DNA from: an uncultured Actinomycetota bacterium
GTDB lineage: Bacteria; Actinomycetota; Actinomycetes; Mycobacteriales; Jatrophihabitantaceae
Assembly (NCBI GenBank): GCA_963708645.1
Contig: CAVPTA010000007.1
Location: 165,078 to 229,077 of the forward strand
Direction of reading: 5' to 3'
Length of the DNA stretch: 64,000 nucleotides
The stretch's first letter is position 1; each line of letters opens with the position of its first letter. A model generated the notes under the pieces. That model was not told the origin of the DNA. It was given only the letters and a program-made list of their open reading frames with translations, and made no database searches. This document shows, piece after piece, positions 29,890 through 39,418 of the stretch. The position numbers were made by a program, and so were the translations under genes.

Positions 29890-30957
29890 ATGGCTGTGTC
29901 ACGTCGGGTGATGCTCAGTGGATTCGCGAGCGGAGTGGCGGCCGTCGGGGCCGGGGCGCTCATGCCGTCCGGGCCGGCGCAAGGCAGTCCGACCGGCGGA
30001 CGGCTGCGCGAGTACTGGCTGCAGATCGATCACGTGCGCCACGACCTCGCACCGCATAAGTACGACCCGATGATGGGTGCCAAGATCACCGAGCCGACGA
30101 AGATCGACGCGCTTGTCTACCGCGCGTACACCCCGCATTGGGGACGCCCCTTGCCCGGCTCTGCGGCGCTCGGGCCGAACACGGGATTCCCGGGTCCGGT
30201 GCTCCGCGCACACGTCGGCGATCACTTGCGGGTGCACGTGCGCAACAACGACACCTACTACCAGGTGCCGCACTCGGTGCACCCGCACGGCGTGCGCTAC
30301 ACCCCGGCGATGTCGGGCTCATGGACGGCGCGAAACCCGCAGCGTGGCAGCGCGATCCCGGTCGGCAAGAGCTTCACCTATGAATGGGACGCCGTCGCGT
30401 CATCGGTCGGCACGTGGCCCTATCACGATCACTCGGTGCCGTTCCATGCCGGTGGCCCGGGAACGAGCAAGGTGCGCGACACCCGGATGCACATGGCTCC
30501 CGTCACCGAGGGCAGCGAGAAGTCGATGGAGGTCGCGGCCGAACTCGGCCTGATGGGCCACATCATCGTCGAGGAGCCCGGTGCGAAGCGTCCCGACCGC
30601 GAGATCTACCTCGTGTTCCACGACATGTACGCCGAGGACGTCGCCGGGCTGACCGGCGACGTCGACTGCTTCAACGGCCACGCGTTCCTGGGCAACACCC
30701 CGACCTTCCGCGCAAAGGTCGGCGACCACGTCCGGTGGCACATCATTGCCCTGGGATCCGAGTTCCACGTGTTCCACCTTCACGGGCACCGGTGGCGCGA
30801 TCCGTCCGGGCGCTGGATCGACAGCCAGATCCTCGGGCCGTCCACGAGCATCGTCGTCGACTACGTCGAGGACATCCCAGGAGACTGGCTCTACCACTGC
30901 CATGTCGTCGAGCACATGGAAGGCGGCATGTTCGGCGGCTACATCGTCACGACGTAG
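29890..30957 (+). CDS. Two-domain multicopper oxidase (small-laccase/SLAC-like) with twin-arginine signal peptide
   Basis: Strong RBS 'gagggagg' then 'MAVSRRVMLSGFASGVAAVGAGA' (S-R-R-x-M-L Tat motif). Copper ligand motifs 'HPHG', 'WPYHDH', 'HVFHLHGHRW', 'HCHVVEHMEGGMFG'. ~355 aa, i.e. two cupredoxin domains rather than three. Confidence 0.8.
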   Translation: MAVSRRVMLSGFASGVAAVGAGALMPSGPAQGSPTGGRLREYWLQIDHVRHDLAPHKYDPMMGAKITEPTKIDALVYRAYTPHWGRPLPGSAALGPNTGFPGPVLRAHVGDHLRVHVRNNDTYYQVPHSVHPHGVRYTPAMSGSWTARNPQRGSAIPVGKSFTYEWDAVASSVGTWPYHDHSVPFHAGGPGTSKVRDTRMHMAPVTEGSEKSMEVAAELGLMGHIIVEEPGAKRPDREIYLVFHDMYAEDVAGLTGDVDCFNGHAFLGNTPTFRAKVGDHVRWHIIALGSEFHVFHLHGHRWRDPSGRWIDSQILGPSTSIVVDYVEDIPGDWLYHCHVVEHMEGGMFGGYIVTT

Positions 30958-31011
30958 AACCTCGCTCCTGGAAGCGCCGTACCGCTGGACGCACGCTCAG
31001 CACGTGCTTGG

Positions 31012-31272
31012 ATGACGATCGTGGGCGGGCAGTGGGCGCAGGAGTCGCCGATCGGCAAGGCCGGTCGCGTCGTCGTCGCCACCCGAGGTGCCGACGGACC
31101 CGGCGAGGTCGAGCTCGAGATCCGCGGCGGCACGGAGCTGTTCATCGCGCGCTCTCGCGAGCCGCTGGCCAAGGGCACGCCGGTGATCTGCGTGACCGAG
31201 ATCGGCCCGCGCTCGGTGATCGTGCTGCCGTGGGCCGATCCCAAGGAAAGCCTGCTCGACCTGGGTGAATAG
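31012..31272 (+). CDS. Small protein with NfeD-like C-terminal OB-fold domain (no membrane-anchor region), paired with flotillin
   Basis: 86 aa beta-rich sequence 'GKAGRVVVATRGADGPGEVELEIRGGTELFIARSREPLAKGTPVICV' resembling the soluble barrel of NfeD/YuaF-type flotillin partners. Located 20 nt upstream of the flotillin gene. Only 55 nt separate it from the laccase stop, so no N-terminal TM region can be encoded in frame. Confidence 0.4.
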   Translation: MTIVGGQWAQESPIGKAGRVVVATRGADGPGEVELEIRGGTELFIARSREPLAKGTPVICVTEIGPRSVIVLPWADPKESLLDLGE

Positions 31273-31294
31273 ATCGACGAGGGAGTAATTGCAG

Positions 31295-32707
31295 ATGCTC
31301 GGGTACAAGGTGCCGACCGGAAACCAGGCCATGATCGTTTCCGGCGGACGGTCGAAGGGCGCCAGCCCGTTCAAGGTCGTCGTCGGGCACGGCGCGTGGG
31401 TCATGCCGGGGTTCCGCAAGGCGGCGTTCCTCGACCTGTCGATGTTCGAGGCGTCCGTGACCGAATCGTGCGTGTCGCGGCAGGGCATCCCGCTACGGGT
31501 GACCGCGGTGATCGCAGCCAAGGTCGCTTCGGACGAGGTCAGCATCGTCAACGCGGCCCAGCGTTTCCTCGCCGACCAGAGTCAGACGGCGACGCTGACG
31601 GGACGGATCTTCGCCGGTCACCTGCGCAGCATCGTCGGTTCGATGACCGTCGAAGAGTTGATCACCGAGCGTCAGAAGCTCGCCACCGAGGTGCTGGATG
31701 CGTCGAAGGAGGAGATGGCGCGCATCGGTTTGCTGGTCGACGCGCTGCAGATCAGCGAGATCAGCGACGGCAACTCCGGCTACATCGCTGCCATGGCCGC
31801 ACCGCACACTGCGGCGATCCAGCGCGCTGCACAGGTTGCCCAGGCCGAGGCCGACCAGGCTTCGGCGCTCGCCCGCCAGCAGTCGCAGCGAGCCCAGGCG
31901 CAGTACGAGCGCGACACCGTGATCGCGCAGGCCGGTTACAAGGCCGAGCAGGCAGCCGCGCAGTCACAAGCTGACGCCGAGGCGTCGAAGGCACAGCAGG
32001 CAGGCCTGTCGGCGCAGGCCGCGTACACGTCCGACACCGAGTCGGCGCAGGCCAAGGCGGCGCAGCGCTCCGCGCAGGCGCGCCTCGAGGCCGAGGCCGC
32101 CCAGGCCAAGGTCGAAGCCGACACCAAGGCCGCGCGCGCCGAGGCGAACCGGTCCGCCGCGCAGGCCGAGCAGACAGCACTCGCGGCGCGGGCAGAGTAC
32201 GAGGCGACCGCCAACGCCGCGCAGGCCAAGGCGGCGCAGGCCGGCCCGCTGGCCGCCGCGCAGGCGCAGCAAGAGGTCATCGACGAGCAGACCAAGGCGG
32301 CGCAGAAGCGCGCCTCGCTGCGCGAGCAGGAACTGGTGGCCGAGGTCGTCAAGCCGGCGCAGGCCGACGCCGAACGGCTCGAGATCATCGCCCGCGCCGA
32401 GGCGAAGAAGACCGAACTCGCCGCCGAGGCGATGGCGACGTCCAACCGCGTCGCGCTCGACCAACTGCTCATCGAGCAGTTGCCCGAGATGGTGCGTGCC
32501 GCCGCAACCGGCTTGCAGGGCGCCAAGCTCACGATCTTGAACGGCACCGAGGGCGTCAACGACGTCACCCAGGGCATCGTCGGCACCGGCATGGCGCTGT
32601 TCTCGACCGTGAAGGCGCTGCTCGGCAGCGACGACGACGACAAGCCGGCGTCCGATCCCAAGGAGATCGCCGCGCCCGACAAGGCGGCCAAGCTCTCGGA
32701 CAGCTGA
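31295..32707 (+). CDS. Flotillin-like SPFH/band-7 domain protein with long Ala/Gln-rich coiled coil
   Basis: SPFH core 'AMIVSGGRSKGASPFKVVVGHGAWVMPGF...VTAVIAAKV' followed by a ~200-aa A/Q/E-rich coiled-coil and C-terminal flotillin tail. Start placed at the ATG following 'gggag' rather than the upstream TTG of the track. Confidence 0.8.
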   Translation: MLGYKVPTGNQAMIVSGGRSKGASPFKVVVGHGAWVMPGFRKAAFLDLSMFEASVTESCVSRQGIPLRVTAVIAAKVASDEVSIVNAAQRFLADQSQTATLTGRIFAGHLRSIVGSMTVEELITERQKLATEVLDASKEEMARIGLLVDALQISEISDGNSGYIAAMAAPHTAAIQRAAQVAQAEADQASALARQQSQRAQAQYERDTVIAQAGYKAEQAAAQSQADAEASKAQQAGLSAQAAYTSDTESAQAKAAQRSAQARLEAEAAQAKVEADTKAARAEANRSAAQAEQTALAARAEYEATANAAQAKAAQAGPLAAAQAQQEVIDEQTKAAQKRASLREQELVAEVVKPAQADAERLEIIARAEAKKTELAAEAMATSNRVALDQLLIEQLPEMVRAAATGLQGAKLTILNGTEGVNDVTQGIVGTGMALFSTVKALLGSDDDDKPASDPKEIAAPDKAAKLSDS

Positions 32708-32716
32708 TCCACTGAG

Positions 32717-32790
32717 TCGGGGTGGCGGGATTCGAACCCACGGCCCCTCGCTCCCAAAGCGAGTGCGCTACCAAACTGCGCCACACCCCG
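32717..32790 (-). tRNA. tRNA-Pro (anticodon TGG)
   Basis: Cloverleaf deduced manually: acceptor CGGGGTG/CACCCCG, D-arm GCGC-AGTTTGGTA-GCGC, anticodon arm CTCGC-TTTGGGA-GCGAG, T-arm GGGCC? GTGGG-TTCGAAT-CCCGC, discriminator A. CCA not encoded. Confidence 0.85.
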
Positions 32791-32823
32791 GGCGCTTTCG
32801 CGCCGCCAGTCTACGCAGCTGCC

Positions 32824-35649
32824 TTACCGCGGACGATGCCGATAGAACTGAATCACCTGTTGGAAGGTGGGCCGGTTCTGCCAGTCGACCATGGGCTGTC
32901 CGACGACGCCGAGCGCGCGGAACTCGATCGAGTCGAACAGCGGCATCTTCTGCCCGGCCGCCTTCGAGTCACTCGAGTTGGTCCACGTCCCGACCTTGTG
33001 CCGGTTGCCGTTGGCGGCGAGCAGCTGCTTGTAGGTCTTGAGCAGTGCTGCGTTGAACGCAGCCCTGCACGTACGCAGTCCGCCGCGGCAGAAGTGCTGC
33101 TCCAGGCCGGAGTGGAATCCGTCGCGCGGGTGCTGACCGCGCAGCTGCTCGAGCACCGACATGAGGTAGCCCTCGTAGCCGCCGTCGTACGAGCTGCCCA
33201 GGTGCGCACCGCCGGAGTTCGGCGTGTTGACGAACTGCATCGGCAACGCCTTGTAACCGACCGCGGTCGCGCCGCCCGTCGAGCCGGGCGAGCCGATGCC
33301 ACCGGCGGCGAGCAGCCGATCGAAGATCGACCGGATCAGGTTCGGCATCAGCTGATCGCCGATGGCCACCGCCGCGTGGTGCAGGTACTGCGTGTTGGCG
33401 GGACGTGCCTTGATGCGGTGCCCGCCTGCAGCGATCCACGACCGCAGTTGCGCGAGCATCGCTTGCACGCCGGCCGGTTCCTTCTGCTTACCGATGACCT
33501 TGAGCAGCAACGGCAACACAGTCACCGCATCGAGATCCTGCGAGGCCGCAGTCTCCATAGCGTCGACGACATTGGCCCGCGTGATCTTGCCGTGGTGGAT
33601 GGCGAACTGATGCTTGAGCTGGCGTTCGAGCATGATCGAGCGATAGATCTGCCCGTACCCGTACTGGTCGTCGGCGGCCGCGAACCGTGGTGCCGGCTTG
33701 TTGTTCCAGCTGATCAGGTAACCCTTCTTCGGGTTCACGTCGTGGACGTGCTTCCACGGACCGAGGAAGCCCCTCCATTCCGCGTTGCCCGTCCCCCACT
33801 GCGGCATGCTCGGGTCGACGAAGGACGGCCTGATCGGGTCGCGTCCGCTCACGTAGTAGCCGATGTCGTGGTTGTCGACGTAGAACCAGTTGAACGTGTA
33901 GAGGATGTGCGACGCGTTCACCATCCACGAGTGCACGTTGTGCGTCAGACCTGGTTCGCCCCACTCGAGGAAGCCGATCACCGAGTCGACGTCGTGGTTG
34001 TAGGTCGAACGCTGCAGCACGACCGCGACCGGCTTGCCGTGCCAGGTCGTCCAGCCCTGCACGACACCGTGGATCGTGCGATGGATGACGTGGTCGATCT
34101 GCGACGGTTGACCTTGCCCACCGGGCTTCGGGTACGCCGTCTCGGAGTAGTCCTCGGTGATCATCGGGCGGCACTTGCCTTTGTAGAGATAGTTCGTGCC
34201 CTGCGCAGCGGGCTTTCCGCCGCCGGGATTGCAGATTTTCTCCAGGCGCGTGTCGATGACGTCGCTGCCTGCTGACGTGGCCGACCACGCGTAGTCCTCA
34301 CCGCGACCCAGCTCGACGACGCCCGTTCCGGGGAAGGACGCACCCTCGGCTGCATAGCCCGGAGCGTGCAGGTCTTCGAGCGCGAGGATCTGCGGCGCGA
34401 AGTACGACACCTGGGGCCCGAACACGGCGACGGGGTGATGTGCGGCGGTGTGGTTGGCGGTGACGAGCAGCGCGTTGCTCATGTGCTTGGGCATCGCGCT
34501 CAAACCCTTGATGATCGACATCGCCGTCGGGTTGGGCGCTGAGACCGAGCAGTTCTGCGTGGTGTCGGTCGGGCCGCCGGTGACGGGCTTGCCGTAGTCG
34601 GGCAGCGCCCGGGCGCTCTCACGGATCTTGCCCGGGATCTCGTACGGGAACGACTTGCTGGACGTCGTCGGCGCCAGCGGATCGTTGCTGGTGCGGAACT
34701 GCGCGAACGCGGACGTGCCGGCCTTGAAGCCGAGCTTCTGCCGCAGGTACTCCAGCAGGTGGGCGTTGGCCATCTCCTGGCCGCCACCCTTGCCGAAGAT
34801 GCCGCCGATGAGCCCGGCGATCGCGACCACATCGTTGACGCCCCAGTCGGCGGGCGGCCCGACGGCCGCGACGTAGTCGGCGGGCATGAGACTCGGGTTG
34901 GTCTTCGCCGCGGCGATGTAGGCGTTCACGCCGTCGACGTAGGAGTAGATCATCGACTTGGCCAGCGCACCCTGCTTGCCGTACTCCTTGGGCAGGTTGT
35001 TCACCTGCGCGATCGCGCGCGCCTTTGTGTAGGGAGCGAGCAGCAACTCGTCGTGGTCCATCTGCTCGAAGGCGCAGGACGAACCGAGGAACTGAGCGAG
35101 CGTTCCCTCGCCGTAGTTGCGCAGCACGTCCATCAGGAAGAGCCGGTCTTCGGCCTGCGCATATCCGGCACCGAAGGCAGCCGACTGTTTGGTGTTGCCG
35201 TAGATGTGCGGGATGTCGTGCTTGTCGCGATAGATCGTGACGTTGGCGTTCGGTTGCTCGGTGCGCGTGATGTCAGTGGGACGCACGCCGAACGACTCGT
35301 CGTTGTAGTAGTTGCTCAGCCCGGAATCGGCGAGGCCGTTGTGTCCGTAGAGCAGGCTGTCGTACTTGCCGAGCTGGTCCTGGCTGTTGGGCGGACGGGT
35401 TCCGTTCAACTCGAACTGCGCCAGATCGGTCGTGTTCACCAGACCGTTCTCGCCGGGCGGCAGGATGCTCATCGCTCGTCCGTCCGCATAGTCGTTGGCC
35501 CGGTAGGCGTGCGACGGCGGTGCTGCGTGCGCGCTCGCGGCGCGTGCCGGAGCGGCACTGGCCGGGCCGGTTGTCGCGTCGACGACGGAGGTGAGACCGA
35601 CGGTGGTCAGCGCGGCGACGGCGAGCGCGATCCAGCGAGAGCGTGGCAC
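32824..35649 (-). CDS. Penicillin acylase-family (Ntn-hydrolase; AHL/penicillin amidase-like) secreted protein
   Basis: 941 aa with a signal peptide 'MPRSRWIALAVAALTTVGLTSVVDA'. Conserved penicillin-amidase segments 'RDKHDIPHIYG', 'FGAGYAQAEDRLFLMD', and a processing-site-like 'GSNAL/SNALLV' region. Confidence 0.85.
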   Translation of the reverse strand: MPRSRWIALAVAALTTVGLTSVVDATTGPASAAPARAASAHAAPPSHAYRANDYADGRAMSILPPGENGLVNTTDLAQFELNGTRPPNSQDQLGKYDSLLYGHNGLADSGLSNYYNDESFGVRPTDITRTEQPNANVTIYRDKHDIPHIYGNTKQSAAFGAGYAQAEDRLFLMDVLRNYGEGTLAQFLGSSCAFEQMDHDELLLAPYTKARAIAQVNNLPKEYGKQGALAKSMIYSYVDGVNAYIAAAKTNPSLMPADYVAAVGPPADWGVNDVVAIAGLIGGIFGKGGGQEMANAHLLEYLRQKLGFKAGTSAFAQFRTSNDPLAPTTSSKSFPYEIPGKIRESARALPDYGKPVTGGPTDTTQNCSVSAPNPTAMSIIKGLSAMPKHMSNALLVTANHTAAHHPVAVFGPQVSYFAPQILALEDLHAPGYAAEGASFPGTGVVELGRGEDYAWSATSAGSDVIDTRLEKICNPGGGKPAAQGTNYLYKGKCRPMITEDYSETAYPKPGGQGQPSQIDHVIHRTIHGVVQGWTTWHGKPVAVVLQRSTYNHDVDSVIGFLEWGEPGLTHNVHSWMVNASHILYTFNWFYVDNHDIGYYVSGRDPIRPSFVDPSMPQWGTGNAEWRGFLGPWKHVHDVNPKKGYLISWNNKPAPRFAAADDQYGYGQIYRSIMLERQLKHQFAIHHGKITRANVVDAMETAASQDLDAVTVLPLLLKVIGKQKEPAGVQAMLAQLRSWIAAGGHRIKARPANTQYLHHAAVAIGDQLMPNLIRSIFDRLLAAGGIGSPGSTGGATAVGYKALPMQFVNTPNSGGAHLGSSYDGGYEGYLMSVLEQLRGQHPRDGFHSGLEQHFCRGGLRTCRAAFNAALLKTYKQLLAANGNRHKVGTWTNSSDSKAAGQKMPLFDSIEFRALGVVGQPMVDWQNRPTFQQVIQFYRHRPR

Positions 35650-35758
35650 AGTTGAGCCTCCGGAAGTAGAACAGGTTTCAGACGAGCGTCTAGACAGCTA
35701 AGCGTGAATCTGCCCAGATCGCCATTCGGGATATCCGCGCGCTCCTAGGATCGAGCGC

Positions 35759-37033
35759 GTGGCCAGTCGAGCGGGGATCGTCGTCACCGGCACCGAAGTG
35801 CTGACCGGTCGCGTCAGCGATCGCAACGGACCATGGCTGGCCGAGCAACTGCGCCTGGCCGGCGTCGATGTGGCGAACGTGATCGTTGTCGGCGATCGGC
35901 CCGACGACCTGCGCAACGCACTGGATTTCCTGGCCCGGTCGGGCGTGAACCTGATCATCACCTCGGGCGGCCTCGGCCCGACCGCCGACGATCTGACCGC
36001 CGAGATCGTCGCCGACTTCCAGGGCAGACCGCCGGCGCTCGACCCCGCACTGGAGCAGCGCATCGCCGACATCGTCGCCCGGTTGTCGGCCGGCCGCGGC
36101 TGGCGCATAGACCCCGACGCGACTGCAGCCGCCACGCGCAAACAGGCGCTCGTGCCCGCCGGCGCGACGGTGCTCGAGCCGGTCGGGACGGCCCCGGGGC
36201 TCATCGTTGCGCCACCGGAGGGTGCGTCAGGCCCGCCGATCGCGGTGCTACCCGGCCCGCCGTTCGAGCTGCAGGGCATGTGGGCGCGTGTGATCGCCGA
36301 TCCCCTCGTCGACGCTGCGCTCGGCAATCGCCCCGAGCTTCGGCAGCGCACGATGCGGCTGTGGAGCGTGCCCGAATCGGAACTCGCAGCGCGGATGCGT
36401 GAGCATGACGCGGAACTCGGTGGGCTCGAGATCACGACGTGTCTGCGCGGCGGCGAACTCGAGGTCGTGAGTCGGTTCGCACCCGACGCGCAGGACGCTT
36501 ACGACGGGTTCGAGCAGCTGATCCGCGCAAGCTTCCAGCGCGAGCTGTTCTCGACTGACGGACGCACTGTCGACGACATCGTCGCCGACGCGTTGCTCGA
36601 GCGCGGGCTCACCATCGCCACGGCCGAGTCGTGCACAGCGGGTGGGCTCGCATCGAGGCTGACCGACCGTCCGGGGTCGTCGGCGTACCTGCTCGGCGGC
36701 ATGGTCGTCTACTCGAATGCGATGAAGACCGAACTCGCCGGCGTGCCCGCGGACCTGATCGAGCGGGTCGGCGCGGTGAGCGCGGAGGTGGCTCTGGCGC
36801 TAGCGGAGGGCGCCCGCGACCGGGTCGGCGCGGACCTGGGCGTCGGCATCACCGGCATCGCCGGGCCGGACGGCGGCACGGCCGACAAGCCCGTCGGCTT
36901 GGTGTACTTCTGCGTCGCGAGCGATCAGGAACCGTTGGCACGCAAGGTGATGGTGCCCGGTTCACGCGCGGACGTGCGGGCGCGGTCGGTCACGATCGCG
37001 CTGCACCTCGTCCGGCGACTACTGGGCCTGTAG
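35759..37033 (+). CDS. cinA: CinA-family protein (N-terminal MoCF-binding domain plus C-terminal nicotinamide-nucleotide amidohydrolase PncC domain)
   Basis: 'GIVVTGTEVLTGRVSDRNGPWLA...IITSGGLGPTADD' and C-terminal 'IATAESCTAGGLASRLTDRPGSSAYLLGGMVVYSN'. Confidence 0.85.
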   Translation: MASRAGIVVTGTEVLTGRVSDRNGPWLAEQLRLAGVDVANVIVVGDRPDDLRNALDFLARSGVNLIITSGGLGPTADDLTAEIVADFQGRPPALDPALEQRIADIVARLSAGRGWRIDPDATAAATRKQALVPAGATVLEPVGTAPGLIVAPPEGASGPPIAVLPGPPFELQGMWARVIADPLVDAALGNRPELRQRTMRLWSVPESELAARMREHDAELGGLEITTCLRGGELEVVSRFAPDAQDAYDGFEQLIRASFQRELFSTDGRTVDDIVADALLERGLTIATAESCTAGGLASRLTDRPGSSAYLLGGMVVYSNAMKTELAGVPADLIERVGAVSAEVALALAEGARDRVGADLGVGITGIAGPDGGTADKPVGLVYFCVASDQEPLARKVMVPGSRADVRARSVTIALHLVRRLLGL

Positions 37034-37034
37034 C

Positions 37035-38558
37035 TCAACCGGTAACGGTCACCTCACCGGGCGCGGACACGTGCAGCAGCGTCCACCCGTGGCCGTCCGG
37101 ACTCAGGTTTGCCTGCACGCCGGGCGAGCCGTCGGCGTCCAGCACCGACGACCATCGCACGCGCAACGCGACAGTCGTCTTGTGCGGTGCAGTGATGACG
37201 AGTTCGTTCTGATCGGCATCAACCATCCGGGCAGGACGGCCGGCGATCGGCACGGGAGCGCGGACTGCGAACAGTTCCCACTGCGCGTTGCTCCAGATCG
37301 GCGTCAGGTACGACGTGTTGCTCTGCACGAGTTGGTACTCGGCGTTCTCGTACAGCGTGCGCCGGTGCAGCAGCACGTAGCCCACGGCGTTCGCGTCCAG
37401 CCATGTGCGGTACTGGTCGGCGGTCAGCGAGCCGCTGGTGACGGTCGGGTTCAGCGCGAGGTCGACCTGCGTCTCATAGCCACGCGCCAGCAGGGCGTGG
37501 GGCAGCAGCAGATCGCTGGCGTCGTGCGTGCCGTCGGGGATGACTTCGAGTCGGTACTGCGCGAGTCCGGGCAGTCGGTCGAGCCGGTGCAGAAGCGGGC
37601 CGTACTGCGCCGTTTGAGCGACCGGCCCGAAGGCTGTGCGCAGATCGCCCATCGTGGCCGAGATTCCGCCGTACACGCCGAGCGAGACGCACGCCAGCGT
37701 GACGATCGCCGATCGTCGCGCGGTCGCAACGACCGCGGGCGGCAACCAGATCCACACCATGCGGTCGAAGTTGCCGCCCAATGGCGTCGGTATCGCGGCG
37801 AGCACGACGCAGACGATTGCGCTGACGAGCACGGGCACGACGACGAAGATCTTCGGCCGCGCGATCGCCATTGCACACAGCGCGAGGATCAACGCGTTGG
37901 CCGTCGGCCAGTCGAACGGCTCGGTACCGATCGAGCCGTAGAGCAACCCGAGCACGGCGAGTGTCACCAGCGTGGTTGCGAGAACCACACTGGCGAGCAG
38001 GCGATAGGTTTTGCCGAGCCACAACGTCCCGGTGAGCGCGATGGCGAGAAAGACGCCGGCGACCGGTGACGCCAACACGACGAAGACGCCGGCCGGGACG
38101 GCGAGTACCCACCAGCGACGCCGGATCGCGATCACCGCGGCAAGTGCACCGACTGTTCCGACCGTGAACGCGATTCGTCCGCTCCACAGATCGAACCCGG
38201 CCGCAACGGTGACGACCCACGTGGCCGCGAGCGGGTGGGCACTCCCCCGCACGGCCGCCGGGCACAACAACGTGATCGCGACTGTCGCGACGGCGCCGAG
38301 CGCGGCGGCACCGATCAATGTCGACAGGAACGGCACGACGATCGAGTAGGCGCCAGGTGGCGTGGCGCCGCCGAACCACCCGAACCAGTAGTCGAGTCCG
38401 ACGCCGTGGGCTGCGGCGAACTCACGGGCCCGGGCCGCCCAGAGGTCGCCCACCGGTACCTGCAGCGCGACGAACACCGCGCTGCTCACGACCGCCGCCA
38501 CGACCGGCAACGCAGCAACCGCCACGCGGGCGCGTGGCGGTGCTGCGATCGTGGCCAT
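37035..38558 (-). CDS. Large polytopic integral membrane protein of unknown function (N-terminal ~12 TM segments plus C-terminal ~150-aa extracytoplasmic domain; possibly GT-C-like)
   Basis: 507-aa ORF with uniformly hydrophobic helices and good GC3 bias. No recognisable catalytic motif found by eye. Confidence 0.55.
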   Translation of the reverse strand: MATIAAPPRARVAVAALPVVAAVVSSAVFVALQVPVGDLWAARAREFAAAHGVGLDYWFGWFGGATPPGAYSIVVPFLSTLIGAAALGAVATVAITLLCPAAVRGSAHPLAATWVVTVAAGFDLWSGRIAFTVGTVGALAAVIAIRRRWWVLAVPAGVFVVLASPVAGVFLAIALTGTLWLGKTYRLLASVVLATTLVTLAVLGLLYGSIGTEPFDWPTANALILALCAMAIARPKIFVVVPVLVSAIVCVVLAAIPTPLGGNFDRMVWIWLPPAVVATARRSAIVTLACVSLGVYGGISATMGDLRTAFGPVAQTAQYGPLLHRLDRLPGLAQYRLEVIPDGTHDASDLLLPHALLARGYETQVDLALNPTVTSGSLTADQYRTWLDANAVGYVLLHRRTLYENAEYQLVQSNTSYLTPIWSNAQWELFAVRAPVPIAGRPARMVDADQNELVITAPHKTTVALRVRWSSVLDADGSPGVQANLSPDGHGWTLLHVSAPGEVTVTG

Positions 38559-38608
38559 CAGGTGATCGTGCCGGGTGCTCCCTGAGACGACGTCAAACGA
38601 ACCGGTTC

Positions 38609-39418
38609 CTAGGCGTCGCGCCGGCTGAGCACGCTCGCCCCGATCACCAGCGCGATGATCGCGTAGCCGGCGAGGATGGCGAGCCCGACCCAGGGCCCGA
38701 ACAGGTTCGGGTCGAACTCCGTCGTCGCCGTCACTCGGCTGCCGATGTTGAGCGGCAGGAACTTCGCGACGTCGGTCGAGTACGGATCGGGCAGTGCGTT
38801 GGTCAGCAGCGGCGCGACCAGGACGATCCCGAACAGCGTCGCGAGCGCACCGGCGGTGTTGCGGATGATGAACCCGAGGCCGACCGCGAGCAGCCCGATC
38901 AGGGTCAGGTAGATGGCGCCCCCGACGATCGCCCGCACGGCCCCTGGCGTGCTGAGGTCGGCCTGGGCGTGCGTGCTGCGCTGAGCCAGTTGACCGAGCT
39001 CGAAACCGAGGAAGGTCGTCGGCAGCGAGATCGCGAACGTCACCAGCGCGAAAACCAGCGCCTTCGCGATCAACACCGGATGCCGTCGTGGCACTGCACC
39101 GAGCGACGAGCGGATCATGCCCGTGCCGTACTCGCCGGTGATCACGAGCACGCCGAGAACACCGATCGCGAGTTGTGCGAGAAACACTCCACGGAGGCTG
39201 ACCTCGGTGGCGTCGAACTGGAATTGGGCCTTCGGGCCGCCTCCGCTCTCAAGACGGTGTGCGTGCAGCGCGCTGAACAGCGTGCCGATCCCATCGACGA
39301 TGACGATCATGACGACGAGGCTGATCCAACTCGACCGCAGCGAGCGGAGCTTGATCCATTCCGAGCGGACGACGCCGAGTTGCGTGACGCGCCCGGTAGG
39401 CAGCGTGGCGGCCGTCAT
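38609..39418 (-). CDS. ABC-2-type transporter permease
   Basis: 269 aa, six TM segments, typical ABC-2 permease pattern. Overlaps the upstream ATPase gene by 4 nt. Confidence 0.8.
   Translation of the reverse strand: MTAATLPTGRVTQLGVVRSEWIKLRSLRSSWISLVVMIVIVDGIGTLFSALHAHRLESGGGPKAQFQFDATEVSLRGVFLAQLAIGVLGVLVITGEYGTGMIRSSLGAVPRRHPVLIAKALVFALVTFAISLPTTFLGFELGQLAQRSTHAQADLSTPGAVRAIVGGAIYLTLIGLLAVGLGFIIRNTAGALATLFGIVLVAPLLTNALPDPYSTDVAKFLPLNIGSRVTATTEFDPNLFGPWVGLAILAGYAIIALVIGASVLSRRDA

Noticed and set aside
31936-32784. 282-aa Ala/Ser-rich ORF on the minus strand overlapping tRNA-Pro and the flotillin coiled-coil region
   Set aside because: It is the antisense mirror of the flotillin Ala/Gln repeat region and it runs through a tRNA gene. 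The translation is low-complexity.
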